Part shown: piece by piece, positions 20,901-30,056 of the stretch
Layout: every line of letters begins with the position of its first letter
Numbering within the stretch: position 1 is the first letter of the stretch
Source of the DNA: Acidobacteriota bacterium
Lineage (GTDB): Bacteria > Acidobacteriota > Thermoanaerobaculia > Multivoradales > JAGPDF01
DNA length: 64,000 nt
Direction: 5' to 3'
NCBI GenBank assembly: GCA_014584695.1
Contig: JACTMI010000004.1
Span: forward strand, 128,006 to 192,005
Made by a program: the position numbers and the translations under genes
The notes under the pieces: model-generated
The model's database searches: none
What the model was told of the DNA's origin: nothing
Seen by the model: only the letters and a program-made list of their open reading frames with translations

Positions 20901-22091
20901 ACGCCGGACTACGAGTCGCGCTTCCGTCTCGACGGCATCGGACCGGGCGAGTGGACGGTGACCGGCCGCGTCGGCGAGTCGGGGCGGCAGGCGCGGGCGC
21001 AGACGACGGTCGCGGCGGGCGCCGGCTCGGTCTGGGTCGAGCTCGAGTTCGGCAGCGGCCTCGTGGTGGCCGGGCAGGTGCGCCTGGAGCGCGAGCCGGT
21101 GGCCGCGGCGGCGGTCTCCGCGCAGGGCCTCGACGTCGTCTCGAGCGCGCAGACCCGCGGCGATCACGAGGGGCGGTTCCGGCTCGAGGGCCTGGTGCCC
21201 GGCCGCCACCGGATCCGGGCCTCCGACGCGACCGGCCTGGCGTGGGCCGAGGTCGAGCTGGATCTCGACGCCGACCGCCAGGTCGATCTCGATCTGGCCA
21301 GCGCGCGCATCCAGGGCACGGTGCGCGACGCCCGCGACGGCTCGCCCCTGGCGCGAGTCCGCGTCGAGTCCGTGCGGGTGACCGAGAGCCCGGAGCGGCC
21401 TGGACCGCTCTTCCGGCGGCCGGCGGAGACCAATTCGGCGGGCCGCTTCTCGATCCCGGGTCAGATCCCGGGCGAGCTGCTGGTGCGCGCGAGCCGCGAG
21501 GGCTACGCCAGCGCCGAGCAGCGCGCCCGCGTGATCGGCGAGACCGACGTCGTCGAGCTCGAGTTCCTGCTCGAGCCGAACGAGGGGAGCCGGATCCGCG
21601 TCGTCCGCGCCGACGGCGCGCCGGCGCGCGGCCTGCGCGCGGTGGCGGTGGACGAACGGGGGACGACGCGCTGGTCCGAGAGCGTGGTCGTCGACGAAGC
21701 GGGGATCGCGCGCTTGACCTCGCTGCCGCCGGGGAGCTGGCGGCTGCTGGTCGCCGAGGGCGACTCCCCGACCGTCGGGCTCACCGTCGATTCTCCCGGG
21801 GAAGGGGAGGTCCTGGTGCCCGAGCCGGGGGCGCTGCGCCTGCGCGTGCCGGCGCTCGAGAGCGGCGAGAGTCTGGCCATGGCGCGCCTGCTCGGCCCCG
21901 ACGGCTCGCCCTATCGCTCGATCTCGTTCTGGGCCACGACCGAAGAGTTTCCGGTGGTGCGCGGCCGGGCGACGCTGCCCTCGCTGCCGCCCGGCGACTG
22001 GACGGTCGAGGTGCGCGGCCCCGACGGCCGTCGCTTCACCGCGCCGGCGCGGGTGGTCGCGCGGGCGGAGACCGAGGTGTTGGTCGAGTAG
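17946..22091 (+). CDS. secreted 1381-aa protein built of 12 or more CarboxypepD_reg-like (carboxypeptidase regulatory/prealbumin-fold) repeats
   Basis: Signal peptide MLASPVLSSRLLRTSLALFFGTVLSAAAAAQ; recurring GRVLDxxGxPVAGAxVxL units about 100 aa apart (SGRILDADRKPVRDAEVELV, GRVVDLHSRRPIRDALVTT, SGRVVSLDGTPIAGARLGLV, AGRVLDGRGRPAAGAEVQAH, SGRVLDERGGGVAEATVFAV, VSGRVLDEADQPVAEARLLL, IQGTVRDARDGSPLARVRVE); GGAGG RBS before ATG 17946. Confidence 0.7.
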   Translation: MLASPVLSSRLLRTSLALFFGTVLSAAAAAQFPLSGRILDADRKPVRDAEVELVPRLDLAAESAAELLGETPRGTVRARTGEDGRYRLVVPAPGLYRFRVAPAGLAPMEESLRLVEERTLDDQVLRRGGAARVEVVDAAGRPVEGARVRLRATARDAFRYVGWSFPGLAPQRGRTDAAGRLDLLRPADVALELAASAPGLAPAWLRIGPRDLPRVTLGAAEPRVVAVRFGTRPVPGAAIRRAKDGFPLAVTDETGLATVDAPRAESLALEILASEGRRARALLEPWRGEEPPPPFAVTLEAGRRIEGRVVDLHSRRPIRDALVTTRWIGHEVAVLTDGRGQYRLEVPPGTVASLVGAAAGHLETHLGLPAPETGPGPTLALPPALAVRGQAVDAAGRPVAAAEIVATSVPAQGLARPMFRGAGRDLRALSDAQGRFLLTGLDPALPLRLEGRREGFAPATARLEPPPAGGRMEVRLQFEAGARLSGRVVSLDGTPIAGARLGLVDAGARRSPMSGFTRWGAPPRPVTAVADEEGRFGFGDLGTGPFDLEVAASGFAPTTVPGIRLDREPGPLDLGEIVLDPGVELAGRVLDGRGRPAAGAEVQAHPAGRRRFVPPWSRAVEPDSDVPRVVADELGDFVIPDRRAGERLTLEATLTGSGRGHLAEVLLPTTEPVTVRLQPIGRVSGRVLDERGGGVAEATVFAVHSIEETTASGGGSARMSMPPTTADADGGFELDELPAGKLDLTARASDGAVGELLGVELAPGAELGELEIRLEAGARGVVTGTVVEPGGAPAVGAMVQVVGAGDSRSAMGGVLTDGDGRFRVERLAAGRKVVNAHAPPYRPEVRQIELAEGQELDVWIELAGGGSVSGRVLDEADQPVAEARLLLSAAGGRPRFGPGQAASGADGSFRIEQVQPGSYLLRAEHEAYAAAELTQPITVEDLEVAGIVLRMERGAAIEGELRGVAFDELASVRIVAHSGSATRVGTPDYESRFRLDGIGPGEWTVTGRVGESGRQARAQTTVAAGAGSVWVELEFGSGLVVAGQVRLEREPVAAAAVSAQGLDVVSSAQTRGDHEGRFRLEGLVPGRHRIRASDATGLAWAEVELDLDADRQVDLDLASARIQGTVRDARDGSPLARVRVESVRVTESPERPGPLFRRPAETNSAGRFSIPGQIPGELLVRASREGYASAEQRARVIGETDVVELEFLLEPNEGSRIRVVRADGAPARGLRAVAVDERGTTRWSESVVVDEAGIARLTSLPPGSWRLLVAEGDSPTVGLTVDSPGEGEVLVPEPGALRLRVPALESGESLAMARLLGPDGSPYRSISFWATTEEFPVVRGRATLPSLPPGDWTVEVRGPDGRRFTAPARVVARAETEVLVE

Positions 22092-22133
22092 GCGCCGGCG
22101 GCCGGCGCGGCCGGCCACGTAGAATGCCGCGTC

Positions 22134-24404
22134 ATGCGCGCGGCGGTGATCGGGGGCGGGCCGGCGGGGCTCTACTTCGGCATTCTGCTGCGGCGCCTCG
22201 ACCCCACCGCGCGGGTCGAGATCTACGAGCGCAATCGGCCCGACGACACCTTCGGCTTCGGCGTCGTCTTCTCCGACGAGACCCTCTCGGCGCTCGAGCA
22301 GGCCGACCCGGTCTCTTTTCACGCCATCCGCTCCCGCTTCCGCTCCTGGCGCGACATCCGGACGTGGCAGGGCGGCCAGTGGACGGTCTCGAGCGGCCAC
22401 GGCTTCTCGGCGCTGGCGCGCACCACGCTGCTCGAGATCCTGCAGCGGCGCGCCGCGGCGCTCGGCTGTGAGCTCCACTTCCGCGCCGAGATCGGCGACC
22501 TCGGGGAGCTCCGCGAGGCCGACCTGGTGGTGGCGGCCGACGGCGTCCATTCGGGCGTCCGGAGCCAGCACGCCGACCGCTTCGCGCCGGTGATCGAAGA
22601 AGGGGCCTGCCGCTTCACCTGGCTCGGCACCACGCTGCCGCTCGACGCCTTCACCTTCATCTTCGCCGAGACGGCGGCCGGCCTGCTGCGCGTCCACGCC
22701 TACCCGTTCGACGGCGGGCGCTCGACCTGGATCGTCGAGTGCCGCGACGAGACTTGGCGGCGCGCCGGCTTCGAAGGGGCGTCGGACGAGGAGACGGTCG
22801 CGCGCTGCGAACGACTGCTGGCGCCGTGGCTGTCCGGCCACCCGCTGCTCGCCAACCGCTCGTTGTGGCGGCGCTTCCCGACCGTGACCTGCGGCAGCTG
22901 GCATTTCGACAACGTCGTCCTGCTGGGCGACGCCGCCCACACCGCGCACTTCTCGATCGGTTCCGGCACCAAGCTCGCGATGGAGGACTCGATCGCCCTC
23001 GCCGAGGCGTTCCGCACCCACGGCGCGGGCGACGTGCCGCGCGCGCTCGCCGCTTACGAGGAGGCCCGCCGCCTCGACGTCGCGAAGCTCCAGCGCGCCG
23101 CCCGCACCTCACAGCGCTGGTTCGAGGAGACCGAGCGCTGGCGGGCGCAGTCGCCGGTGCGGTTCACCTTCAATCTGATGTCGCGGTCCAAGCGGATCAC
23201 CTACGACGAGCTCGGCCGCCGCGACCCGGCGTTCGCGGTCCGCGTCGCGCGCGACTTCGCCGCCGCCGAAGGACGGCCGCGGGACGGCGGCGCGCCGCCG
23301 CCGCCGGCGTTCACGCCCCTCACCGTTCGCTCGATCGAGCTGGCCAACCGGGTGGTCGTCTCGCCGATGTGCCAGTACTCGGCGCTCGAGGGCGAGGTCG
23401 GCGACTGGCACCTGGTCCACCTCGGCAGCCGGGCGCTGGGTGGCGCTGGCCTGGTGATCGCCGAGATGACCGACGTGTCGGCCGCCGGGCGCATCACCCA
23501 CGGCTGCGCCGGCATGTACCGGCCCGAGCACCGCGCCGCCTGGCGGCGGATCGTCGACTTCGTCCACCGCGCGACGCCGGCGCGGATCGGCATCCAGCTC
23601 GCCCACGCGGGGCGCAAGGGCTCGGTGGCGCACGAGTGGTCGATGGCCGACCGGCCGCTCGCCGCGGCGGAAGGCGCCTGGACGACGCTCGCGCCGTCGG
23701 CGATCCCCTACGACCACGGCTGGCCGGCGCCGCGGGAGATGGACCGCGCCGACATGGACCGGGTGCGCGAGGAGTTCGCGGCCGCGACCCGCTTCGCCGC
23801 CGACGCCGGTTTCGACTGGCTCGAGCTCCACCTCGCGCATGGCTACCTGCTGTCGAGCTTCCTGTCGCCGCTTTCGAACCGGCGCACGGATGACTACGGT
23901 GGCTCGCTCGAGCGGCGGATGCGCTATCCGCTCGAGGTCACCCGGGCGGTGCGCGCGGCCTGGCCGGAGGCGCTGCCGATGTCGGTCCGCATCTCGGCGA
24001 GCGACTGGTTCGCCGACGGCCGCGGCTTCACGCTCGACGACGCGGTCGTCGTCGCGCGCGAGCTCAAGGCGCTGGGCATCGACCTGGTCGACGTCTCCTC
24101 GGCCGGCAACGTCCCGGATTCGCCGGTCGAGCACGGCCGCATGTATCAGGCGCCTTTCGCCGACCGGATCCGCCACGAGGCCGGCATTCCGGTCATGGCC
24201 GTCGGCGGCGTGCTCGACCTCGACCACGCCAACACCCTGCTCGCCGCCGGCCGCGCCGACCTGGCGGTGCTGGCGCGCGCTCACCTGGCCGACCCTTACC
24301 TCACCCGCCACGAGGCCGCGCGCTACGGCGTCGAGCTGCCCTGGCCGGAGCCCTATCGACTGGCCGCGGCGGTGGCGCGGCGCGCCCGCCCCGAGGAGCG
24401 CTAG
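22134..24404 (+). CDS. bifunctional FAD-monooxygenase / OYE reductase fusion (2-aminobenzoyl-CoA monooxygenase-reductase / salicylyl-CoA 5-hydroxylase family)
   Basis: N-terminal GGGPAGLY FAD fold with the class A monooxygenase GD motif (LLGDAAHTAHFSIGSGT); C-terminal OYE domain (VVSPMCQYSA..., HLAHGYLLSSFLSP..R.DDYGGS); 756 aa. Confidence 0.8.
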   Translation: MRAAVIGGGPAGLYFGILLRRLDPTARVEIYERNRPDDTFGFGVVFSDETLSALEQADPVSFHAIRSRFRSWRDIRTWQGGQWTVSSGHGFSALARTTLLEILQRRAAALGCELHFRAEIGDLGELREADLVVAADGVHSGVRSQHADRFAPVIEEGACRFTWLGTTLPLDAFTFIFAETAAGLLRVHAYPFDGGRSTWIVECRDETWRRAGFEGASDEETVARCERLLAPWLSGHPLLANRSLWRRFPTVTCGSWHFDNVVLLGDAAHTAHFSIGSGTKLAMEDSIALAEAFRTHGAGDVPRALAAYEEARRLDVAKLQRAARTSQRWFEETERWRAQSPVRFTFNLMSRSKRITYDELGRRDPAFAVRVARDFAAAEGRPRDGGAPPPPAFTPLTVRSIELANRVVVSPMCQYSALEGEVGDWHLVHLGSRALGGAGLVIAEMTDVSAAGRITHGCAGMYRPEHRAAWRRIVDFVHRATPARIGIQLAHAGRKGSVAHEWSMADRPLAAAEGAWTTLAPSAIPYDHGWPAPREMDRADMDRVREEFAAATRFAADAGFDWLELHLAHGYLLSSFLSPLSNRRTDDYGGSLERRMRYPLEVTRAVRAAWPEALPMSVRISASDWFADGRGFTLDDAVVVARELKALGIDLVDVSSAGNVPDSPVEHGRMYQAPFADRIRHEAGIPVMAVGGVLDLDHANTLLAAGRADLAVLARAHLADPYLTRHEAARYGVELPWPEPYRLAAAVARRARPEER

Positions 24405-24820
24405 TGCCGGTGCCCTATCGCACGCCGCTGCACGTCCGTTTCGGCGACCTCGATCCCGCGGGCATCGTCTACTACCCGCGTTACGGCCACTTCTGCCACG
24501 TCGCGATGGAGGAGTTCTTCCGCGACGTCGTCGGCATCGACTACCCGACCCTGCTGCGCGAGCACGGCCTCGGTTTCCCCACCGTGCGGATCGAGACCGA
24601 CTACCGGCGCCCGCTGCGCTACGGCGACGACCTCGAGATCGAGGTCACGGTGACGCGCGTCGGCACGACCGCGGTCGAGTGGCGCTACCGTTTCCTGCAC
24701 CGGGGCGACGACCGGCCCGCGGCGGAGAGCCGGCTGGTGACGGTCTGCGTCGTCATGGCGAGCTTCGAGAAGACCGCCGTGCCCGCCTGGCTGGCCGACA
24801 AGCTGACCGGGGCCGGATGA
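24404..24820 (+). CDS. hotdog-fold acyl-CoA thioesterase (4HBT/YbgC-like)
   Basis: HVRFGDLDPAGIVYYPRY catalytic-Asp region typical of 4HBT thioesterases; the GTG start overlaps the upstream stop. Confidence 0.7.
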   Translation: MPVPYRTPLHVRFGDLDPAGIVYYPRYGHFCHVAMEEFFRDVVGIDYPTLLREHGLGFPTVRIETDYRRPLRYGDDLEIEVTVTRVGTTAVEWRYRFLHRGDDRPAAESRLVTVCVVMASFEKTAVPAWLADKLTGAG

Positions 24821-25683
24821 CCCACCGCCGCGCGCTGGTTCTGGTGGCGATCTCGGCGCTGTCGTTCGCGGCGATGGCGGTGGTGACCAAGCTGGCGACC
24901 GCGACGCTGCCGGGCGGGCAGGTCGCGTTCGTCCGCTTCGTGCTGATGCTGGTCCCGTTCGCCCTGGTGCCGGGCCTGGCCCGCCGCGCCCTCACCTGGC
25001 AGCGGCTCGATCTGCTGATCTACCGCGGTCTGTTCGGCGGCGTCGCGGTGCTGCTCTACTTCCTCGCCATCGAGCACGTGCCGGTCGGCACCGCGACGCT
25101 GCTCAACTACAGCTCGCCGATCTGGGCGGTGCTCGCCGCCGCGCTCTTCCTGGGCGAGCGGGTGCGGCCGCTGCTGCTCCTGCCCTTCGCGCTCGCGATG
25201 GCGGGGATGCTGCTCGTCACCGGCGCGCTCGAGGGCGGCGGCTGGCCGCGGCTGGGCCCCTGGGAGCTCGCCGGGCTCGCCTCTTCGGTGCTCTCGGGCG
25301 GCGCCGTGGCGGCGATCCGCGCCGCGCGCCGAACCGAGGGGAGCTGGGCGATCTACGGCAGCTTCACCCTGTTCGGGATCCTGGTCACCGCGCCCTTCGC
25401 GCTCGCGAGGTTCCGCTGGCCCGACGCCCGCGAGTGGCTGCTCCTCGCCGCCATCGGCCTGTTCTCGATCGCGGCCCAGATGACGATGACCTACGCCTAC
25501 CGCTGGGTGACCAATCTCCAGGCCGGCGTGCTGGCCCAGATCACCGTGGTCTCGACGCTCGCCCACGGCGCGCTCTTCTTCGGCGACGTCTTCACTCCGC
25601 GCCAACTGCTCGGCGCCGCTCTGGCGCTGGCCGGCATCGTCGGCGTCGTCGCGCTCCAGCCGCCACCCCGCGCGGTGGAGTGA
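24817..25683 (+). CDS. EamA/DMT-family transporter
   Basis: ATGA overlap; ten hydrophobic segments; duplicated EamA halves; 288 aa; only the 3' portion of the 614-aa track ORF is genuine. Confidence 0.7.
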   Translation: MTHRRALVLVAISALSFAAMAVVTKLATATLPGGQVAFVRFVLMLVPFALVPGLARRALTWQRLDLLIYRGLFGGVAVLLYFLAIEHVPVGTATLLNYSSPIWAVLAAALFLGERVRPLLLLPFALAMAGMLLVTGALEGGGWPRLGPWELAGLASSVLSGGAVAAIRAARRTEGSWAIYGSFTLFGILVTAPFALARFRWPDAREWLLLAAIGLFSIAAQMTMTYAYRWVTNLQAGVLAQITVVSTLAHGALFFGDVFTPRQLLGAALALAGIVGVVALQPPPRAVE

Positions 25684-25716
25684 GCCGGCCCGGCGGGCGG
25701 CGAGGTCGGCGGTCGG

Positions 25717-27885
25717 TCAGTCGGCGATGGCGACTTGGGCCAGGCTCGCCGCTCGGCGCTCACCCTGGGTGATCGAGAGCTTCAGCGTGTGAGGGCCGGG
25801 CTTGGCGCCTCCGGCCGACAGTGCCACCCGCCAGAGCTCCTGCCCCTCGACCGGCGTCGCGCGGCGCTCGACCAGCCGCGCGCCGGCGCCGGCGACCGCG
25901 CCGCCGGCGGCGTCCGCGAGCTCGACGTCGAGCTCCACCGGTCCGGCGCCGAACCCGGCGACGCCGAGCCAGAAGGTGGCGTCGCCTCGGGTCCGCAGCG
26001 GCGCCAGGGCCGAGGGGAGGAAGAAGCTCTCGCCGTCGACGAACGGAAAGGGGAGCCCGCGGGTCTTCTCGGCGCTGGAGGCGGCCCGCACCAGGAGGCC
26101 GGCCGTCATCGGCGTGCCGACCAGCGCCGGCGTCACCAGCGTGCCACCCGCGGCGAGGTCGGGGATCGGCAACGCGACGTGCTCGACTCGATGGCGGCCG
26201 TCGCCCTCGCCGGCGCGGGTCAGCACCCGCACGGTGTAGTCGCCCGGCGGCAGCAGGAGGTCCCCGACGAGGCGCACCGTTCCGGCGCGGAGGTGGCCCG
26301 CGACCGTCGCCGGATCGAGCTCCGCGCTCTGCGCGGTGAAGTCCCGCACGGCGCCCGAGGCGTCGAAGGCGTAGGCGTAGAAGACGACCGGCACGCGGCC
26401 CCCGCGCGCCAAGCCACCGAGCGCCGGCGCCGAGACCTCGACCACCACCGGCACGTGGGCACGGCCGTCCGCGGTGCGAAACGGCGCCACCACCGTCGCA
26501 GCCTCGAGCGCGCCGCCCGAACGACCGGCCAGCAGCAGCTGCGAGCTCTCGAGCTGGCGCGCGGCCGGGGCGCGGCCACCGTCGGCAGCGGGCGCGTAGT
26601 AGCCGGGCCGGTGGACGAGCCGGGCGCCGGAGGGACCGCCCTTGAGCCGCACCCGCAGCTCGTGGAACTTGCCGTCGAGCTTGACGTCCTGGGGCTCGAT
26701 GGTGAGGACGTAGGTGACGCTGGTGGCGGCGAGCATGGAGGCCATCGCGCGACCGAGATCGTTGAAGTGCTCGAACAACTGCCCGCCGGTGTCGCGCGCC
26801 ATCGTGAACAGCGTGTCGCGGCCGGAGGCGCGCGGCCGCAGGTCCGAAGTGTCGACCAGCCCGCTGATGTCGACGGCCTGGATGACGCAGTCGGCGCGGC
26901 GCAGCTCGCCGAGCATCTGCTCGAGCTGGTTCTGCAAGCGGGTGTTGCCGAAGCGCTGCTCGGAGTCGACGTTCCAGATCTCGCCGAAGGCGGAGGCCTC
27001 GCCGGCCGCCGCCTGCTCCTCGGCGCTGGCGGTGCCGAGGAGGGCGGTGGACTCGAAGCCCTGCGAGAACAGCACCACCTGCTTGCGACCGACGAGCGCG
27101 CCCATCAACCGCGCCAGCTCGGCATAGCCGCGCGTCAGCGCGGCGATCTCGCCCTGTTGGACCTGCCGTCGCGCGCTCCGCTCCGCCGCCGCCAGCTCGC
27201 GCAGGTTCTCGAGGATCGCCTCGTCGATCTCGGCGCGAGGCCTCTGCCGGCTGCCGGCTCCGCCGGCGCCGGGCGCCTCCAGGGCGGTGAGCTGAAGGCC
27301 CAGCGGGTCGGGGGTCCGGTCGCGCAGCTCGACGAGGCCGAGGGTGTCGATGGCCAGCTCGGCCTGCCGGCGATCGGCGGTGAAGCCGAGGACGATGCGA
27401 GCGCCCGCCCGGAAACCGTAGGTCGCGACCGCCACGAGGTCGCTGGGGTGGAGCCCGTCGCGCAGCACGGCGCGCGCGGCGTCACGGGCGCGCGCCAGCG
27501 CCGAGGGCTCGGAGTGCGAGAGGTCGAAGAGGAGGAGGAAGTGGCGCCGTCCGGCCGGCGAGACCCGGTCGGTGACCGCGCCGAGGGTGAGGCCCGCCGT
27601 GGGCGCCGGCGGCGAGAGGTCGACGACCTCGAAGCCGACGATCGCGCGCTGCCGCCGCCCCTCGAACACCTCGAAGTGCTCGCGCGTCAGGCCGCGCACC
27701 GGCAGCCCGTCGGCGAGCACTTGCACCGGGATCTCGACCGCGAGCACGGTCGTCGTCTCGGAGAACTCCCGTCGCTGCGCCCCGGCGGTCGCGGCCGCGA
27801 CCGCGAGCAGCGCAGTGGCGGCAGCGCAGCGGGCGCACCATGCACGATAGGGCCGGGGTCTCGTCTGCCGAGCTTCGTTCGCCAC
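25717..27885 (-). CDS. secreted VWA-domain protein, VWFA-related Acidobacterial-domain family (paralog B)
   Basis: GTG start preceded by AGGAGG; signal peptide (RAWCARCAAATALLAVAAATAGAQ); VWA core (HFLLLFDLSHSE..., VVLFSQGFES, GNTRLQNQLEQML..ADCVIQAVDISGL); about 40% identical to paralog A over the full length. Confidence 0.65.
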   Translation of the reverse strand: MANEARQTRPRPYRAWCARCAAATALLAVAAATAGAQRREFSETTTVLAVEIPVQVLADGLPVRGLTREHFEVFEGRRQRAIVGFEVVDLSPPAPTAGLTLGAVTDRVSPAGRRHFLLLFDLSHSEPSALARARDAARAVLRDGLHPSDLVAVATYGFRAGARIVLGFTADRRQAELAIDTLGLVELRDRTPDPLGLQLTALEAPGAGGAGSRQRPRAEIDEAILENLRELAAAERSARRQVQQGEIAALTRGYAELARLMGALVGRKQVVLFSQGFESTALLGTASAEEQAAAGEASAFGEIWNVDSEQRFGNTRLQNQLEQMLGELRRADCVIQAVDISGLVDTSDLRPRASGRDTLFTMARDTGGQLFEHFNDLGRAMASMLAATSVTYVLTIEPQDVKLDGKFHELRVRLKGGPSGARLVHRPGYYAPAADGGRAPAARQLESSQLLLAGRSGGALEAATVVAPFRTADGRAHVPVVVEVSAPALGGLARGGRVPVVFYAYAFDASGAVRDFTAQSAELDPATVAGHLRAGTVRLVGDLLLPPGDYTVRVLTRAGEGDGRHRVEHVALPIPDLAAGGTLVTPALVGTPMTAGLLVRAASSAEKTRGLPFPFVDGESFFLPSALAPLRTRGDATFWLGVAGFGAGPVELDVELADAAGGAVAGAGARLVERRATPVEGQELWRVALSAGGAKPGPHTLKLSITQGERRAASLAQVAIAD

Positions 27886-27905
27886 GTCTCCTCCTTCGGC
27901 TCGTC

Positions 27906-30056
27906 CTACGGCCCGGCCTCGATGGTCAGGGGGGTGGTCGTGCCGGCGACTCGCCGACCGTCTCCATCGACGACCTGGAGCTCCAGCAGGTAGGTGCCCG
28001 GAGCCGCGGCCGTCGCCGCCAGTGTGCCCCGCCACTTCGCCATGCCCGGCGAGCCGGCCGGCGACGTCTCGATCTCGACTCGCGGCGGCGGCGCCGGGCC
28101 GCCGCGCGGCTCGCGCAGCGCGGCCTCGACCCGCAACGGGCCCGCCGGCAGATCGTAGCCCACCAGCAGGAAGGGCGCCGGCGAGCCGTCCGCTCGAATG
28201 CGCGGCGCGGCCTGCGGAACGAACGGCTCGCCCGCGACCACGAACGGATAGACGAGGCTGTCGGCCTCTCCCTCCGGCGGCGACTCGCGCGCCAGGAGCC
28301 ACCGCCCGCCCAGATCGAAGAGGAAGGGCGGCAGGAGCCGCGGCGCGCGCGCCGAAGCCGCCGGCACGTGGAGCGGGAGCGTGGCGAGGCCGGTGCGCCC
28401 GCCGCGCCCCTCGCGGGCGAGCGCGACGAGGCGATAGTCGCCCCCGGCCAGGTCGAGGTGGCCGTAGTACTTGAAGCCGTCGAGACCGCGCGCGGCGGCG
28501 GTCGGGGAGTCGTCGAGCGCCACCCGCCGCGCGAGGAAGTCGCGCATCTCGCCGCTGCTGTGGATCGCGTAGACGTAGATCTCGAGCGGCAGCGGTCCCG
28601 CCGGGACCTCGGGAAAGAGCCCCCGGGATCCGATCTCGAGGACCACGGGGACGTAAGCCTCTTCCCCGCCGGAGCGAAACGGCGCGGCGAGCGCACGGAC
28701 CTCGAGCGCCGCGGCGGGACGCTCGAGCGCGATCGTCTCGGCGGCGAGCAGAGCCTTCTCGAAGGGGTGGAGCTCGGGGAACGGCCGCGGCGCGTAGAAG
28801 CCCGCGCGGTGGGCGACGCGCAGGCCGCGGCCACCGACGACGCGCACCGCCAGCGGATGGAAGGCGCCGTCGTCCGCGATGCCGGTGGCCGCGACGGTCA
28901 GCAGATAGGCCTGCGAGGAGCGGCGCAGGGCTCGTCCGATGGCGGCGTGCAAGTCGTTGCCCTCGTCGACCAGCGAGCCGCCGCTGCCGTGGGCCAGGTG
29001 GAAGAGCGCTTCGGTGCCGCGAGCCGAGGACAGCCCATCGGCGCCGCCGCGCAGCCCTCCGACGTCGACCGCGTGCGCGACGCAGTCGGCGCGCCCGAGC
29101 TCGGTCAAGAGGCGCTCGACCTCGCCTTGGAGCTGGGTGTTGCCGAACCGCTCGTCGGAGTCGACCTGCCAGATCTGTCCGGTCTGGAGCTCCAGGTTGC
29201 CGAGCGCGTCCTCCTCGCCCCGCGGATTGGACCGCCCGAGCAGCAGGGCGCTGTCGAAACCCTCCGAGAAGAGCAGGATCTGCTTGCGCCCGGGCACCTC
29301 GGCCAGCCGACGCGAGAGCCAGGCCAGCTCGCGCGCCCAGCCGATGACCCGGGTGCGCTCGTACTGCCGGTGCTCGCGTGCCGCGGCGTGCGCGAGGATG
29401 CGCGAGCTCTCGAGGTCGATCTGCTCGATCTCGGCGCGCAGGTCGCCGCTGCCGGAGACGGCGACGCTGCCCGCGACCGCCGGGCTCGAGAGGCCTGGCA
29501 GCAGGAAGCCGAGGGGATCGAGGTGGGCCGTCGCGGCGCGTCGGTGCTCGAAGCTGGAGCTGTCGAGGGCGCGCGCGACCTGCGCCCGGTCGGGGGTGAA
29601 GGTGAGGAGCAGTCGGGGTCCGAGATCGGCCGAGAAAGTGGCGACTCCCACCAGGTCGGTCGGATGGAGCTCGTGCAGCACGACCTCCCGCGCCGCCTGG
29701 CGGGCGCGGGCGAGCGCGCCGGGGTTCGAGAAGGTGAGATCGAAGAGCAGCAGCACGTGCCGGCGGTAGCGCGGAGGCGGCCCCGCGGCCTCGGGTCGGG
29801 CGAGCGCGGACGCGGCCGGCCGGGCGCCGAAGTGGAGCGCCTCGAAGCCGACGATCTCGAGGCGGCGCCGGCCACGCCGGACCTCGAATCGATCGGCGGT
29901 GAGGCCCGCGACCGGCTCGCCGTCGCGGTCCAGCACCTCGACGGCCACCTCGACCTCGAGCACGTCGAGACGCCCCTCGAAGCGCGGCGCCACGGGCTGC
30001 GTGGCGGCGAGACCGGCCGCGGCCAGCGCACCCGCGAGCGCGACGAGGCTCTTCAC
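27906..30056 (-). CDS. secreted VWA-domain protein, VWFA-related Acidobacterial-domain family (paralog A)
   Basis: Signal peptide MKSLVALAGALAAAGLAA; VWA core (HVLLLFDLTFSN..., ILLFSEGFDS, GNTQLQGEVERLL..ADCVAHAVDVGGL); GTGA overlap with the upstream transglutaminase-TPR gene. Confidence 0.75.
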   Translation of the reverse strand: MKSLVALAGALAAAGLAATQPVAPRFEGRLDVLEVEVAVEVLDRDGEPVAGLTADRFEVRRGRRRLEIVGFEALHFGARPAASALARPEAAGPPPRYRRHVLLLFDLTFSNPGALARARQAAREVVLHELHPTDLVGVATFSADLGPRLLLTFTPDRAQVARALDSSSFEHRRAATAHLDPLGFLLPGLSSPAVAGSVAVSGSGDLRAEIEQIDLESSRILAHAAAREHRQYERTRVIGWARELAWLSRRLAEVPGRKQILLFSEGFDSALLLGRSNPRGEEDALGNLELQTGQIWQVDSDERFGNTQLQGEVERLLTELGRADCVAHAVDVGGLRGGADGLSSARGTEALFHLAHGSGGSLVDEGNDLHAAIGRALRRSSQAYLLTVAATGIADDGAFHPLAVRVVGGRGLRVAHRAGFYAPRPFPELHPFEKALLAAETIALERPAAALEVRALAAPFRSGGEEAYVPVVLEIGSRGLFPEVPAGPLPLEIYVYAIHSSGEMRDFLARRVALDDSPTAAARGLDGFKYYGHLDLAGGDYRLVALAREGRGGRTGLATLPLHVPAASARAPRLLPPFLFDLGGRWLLARESPPEGEADSLVYPFVVAGEPFVPQAAPRIRADGSPAPFLLVGYDLPAGPLRVEAALREPRGGPAPPPRVEIETSPAGSPGMAKWRGTLAATAAAPGTYLLELQVVDGDGRRVAGTTTPLTIEAGP

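Noticed and set aside
22092-22133. GC-rich palindrome (gcgccggc-g-gccggcgc) after the repeat-protein gene as an intrinsic terminator
   Set aside because: The loop is too short and there is no U-tract. It may pause or terminate in a Rho-dependent fashion, but it cannot be called from sequence.
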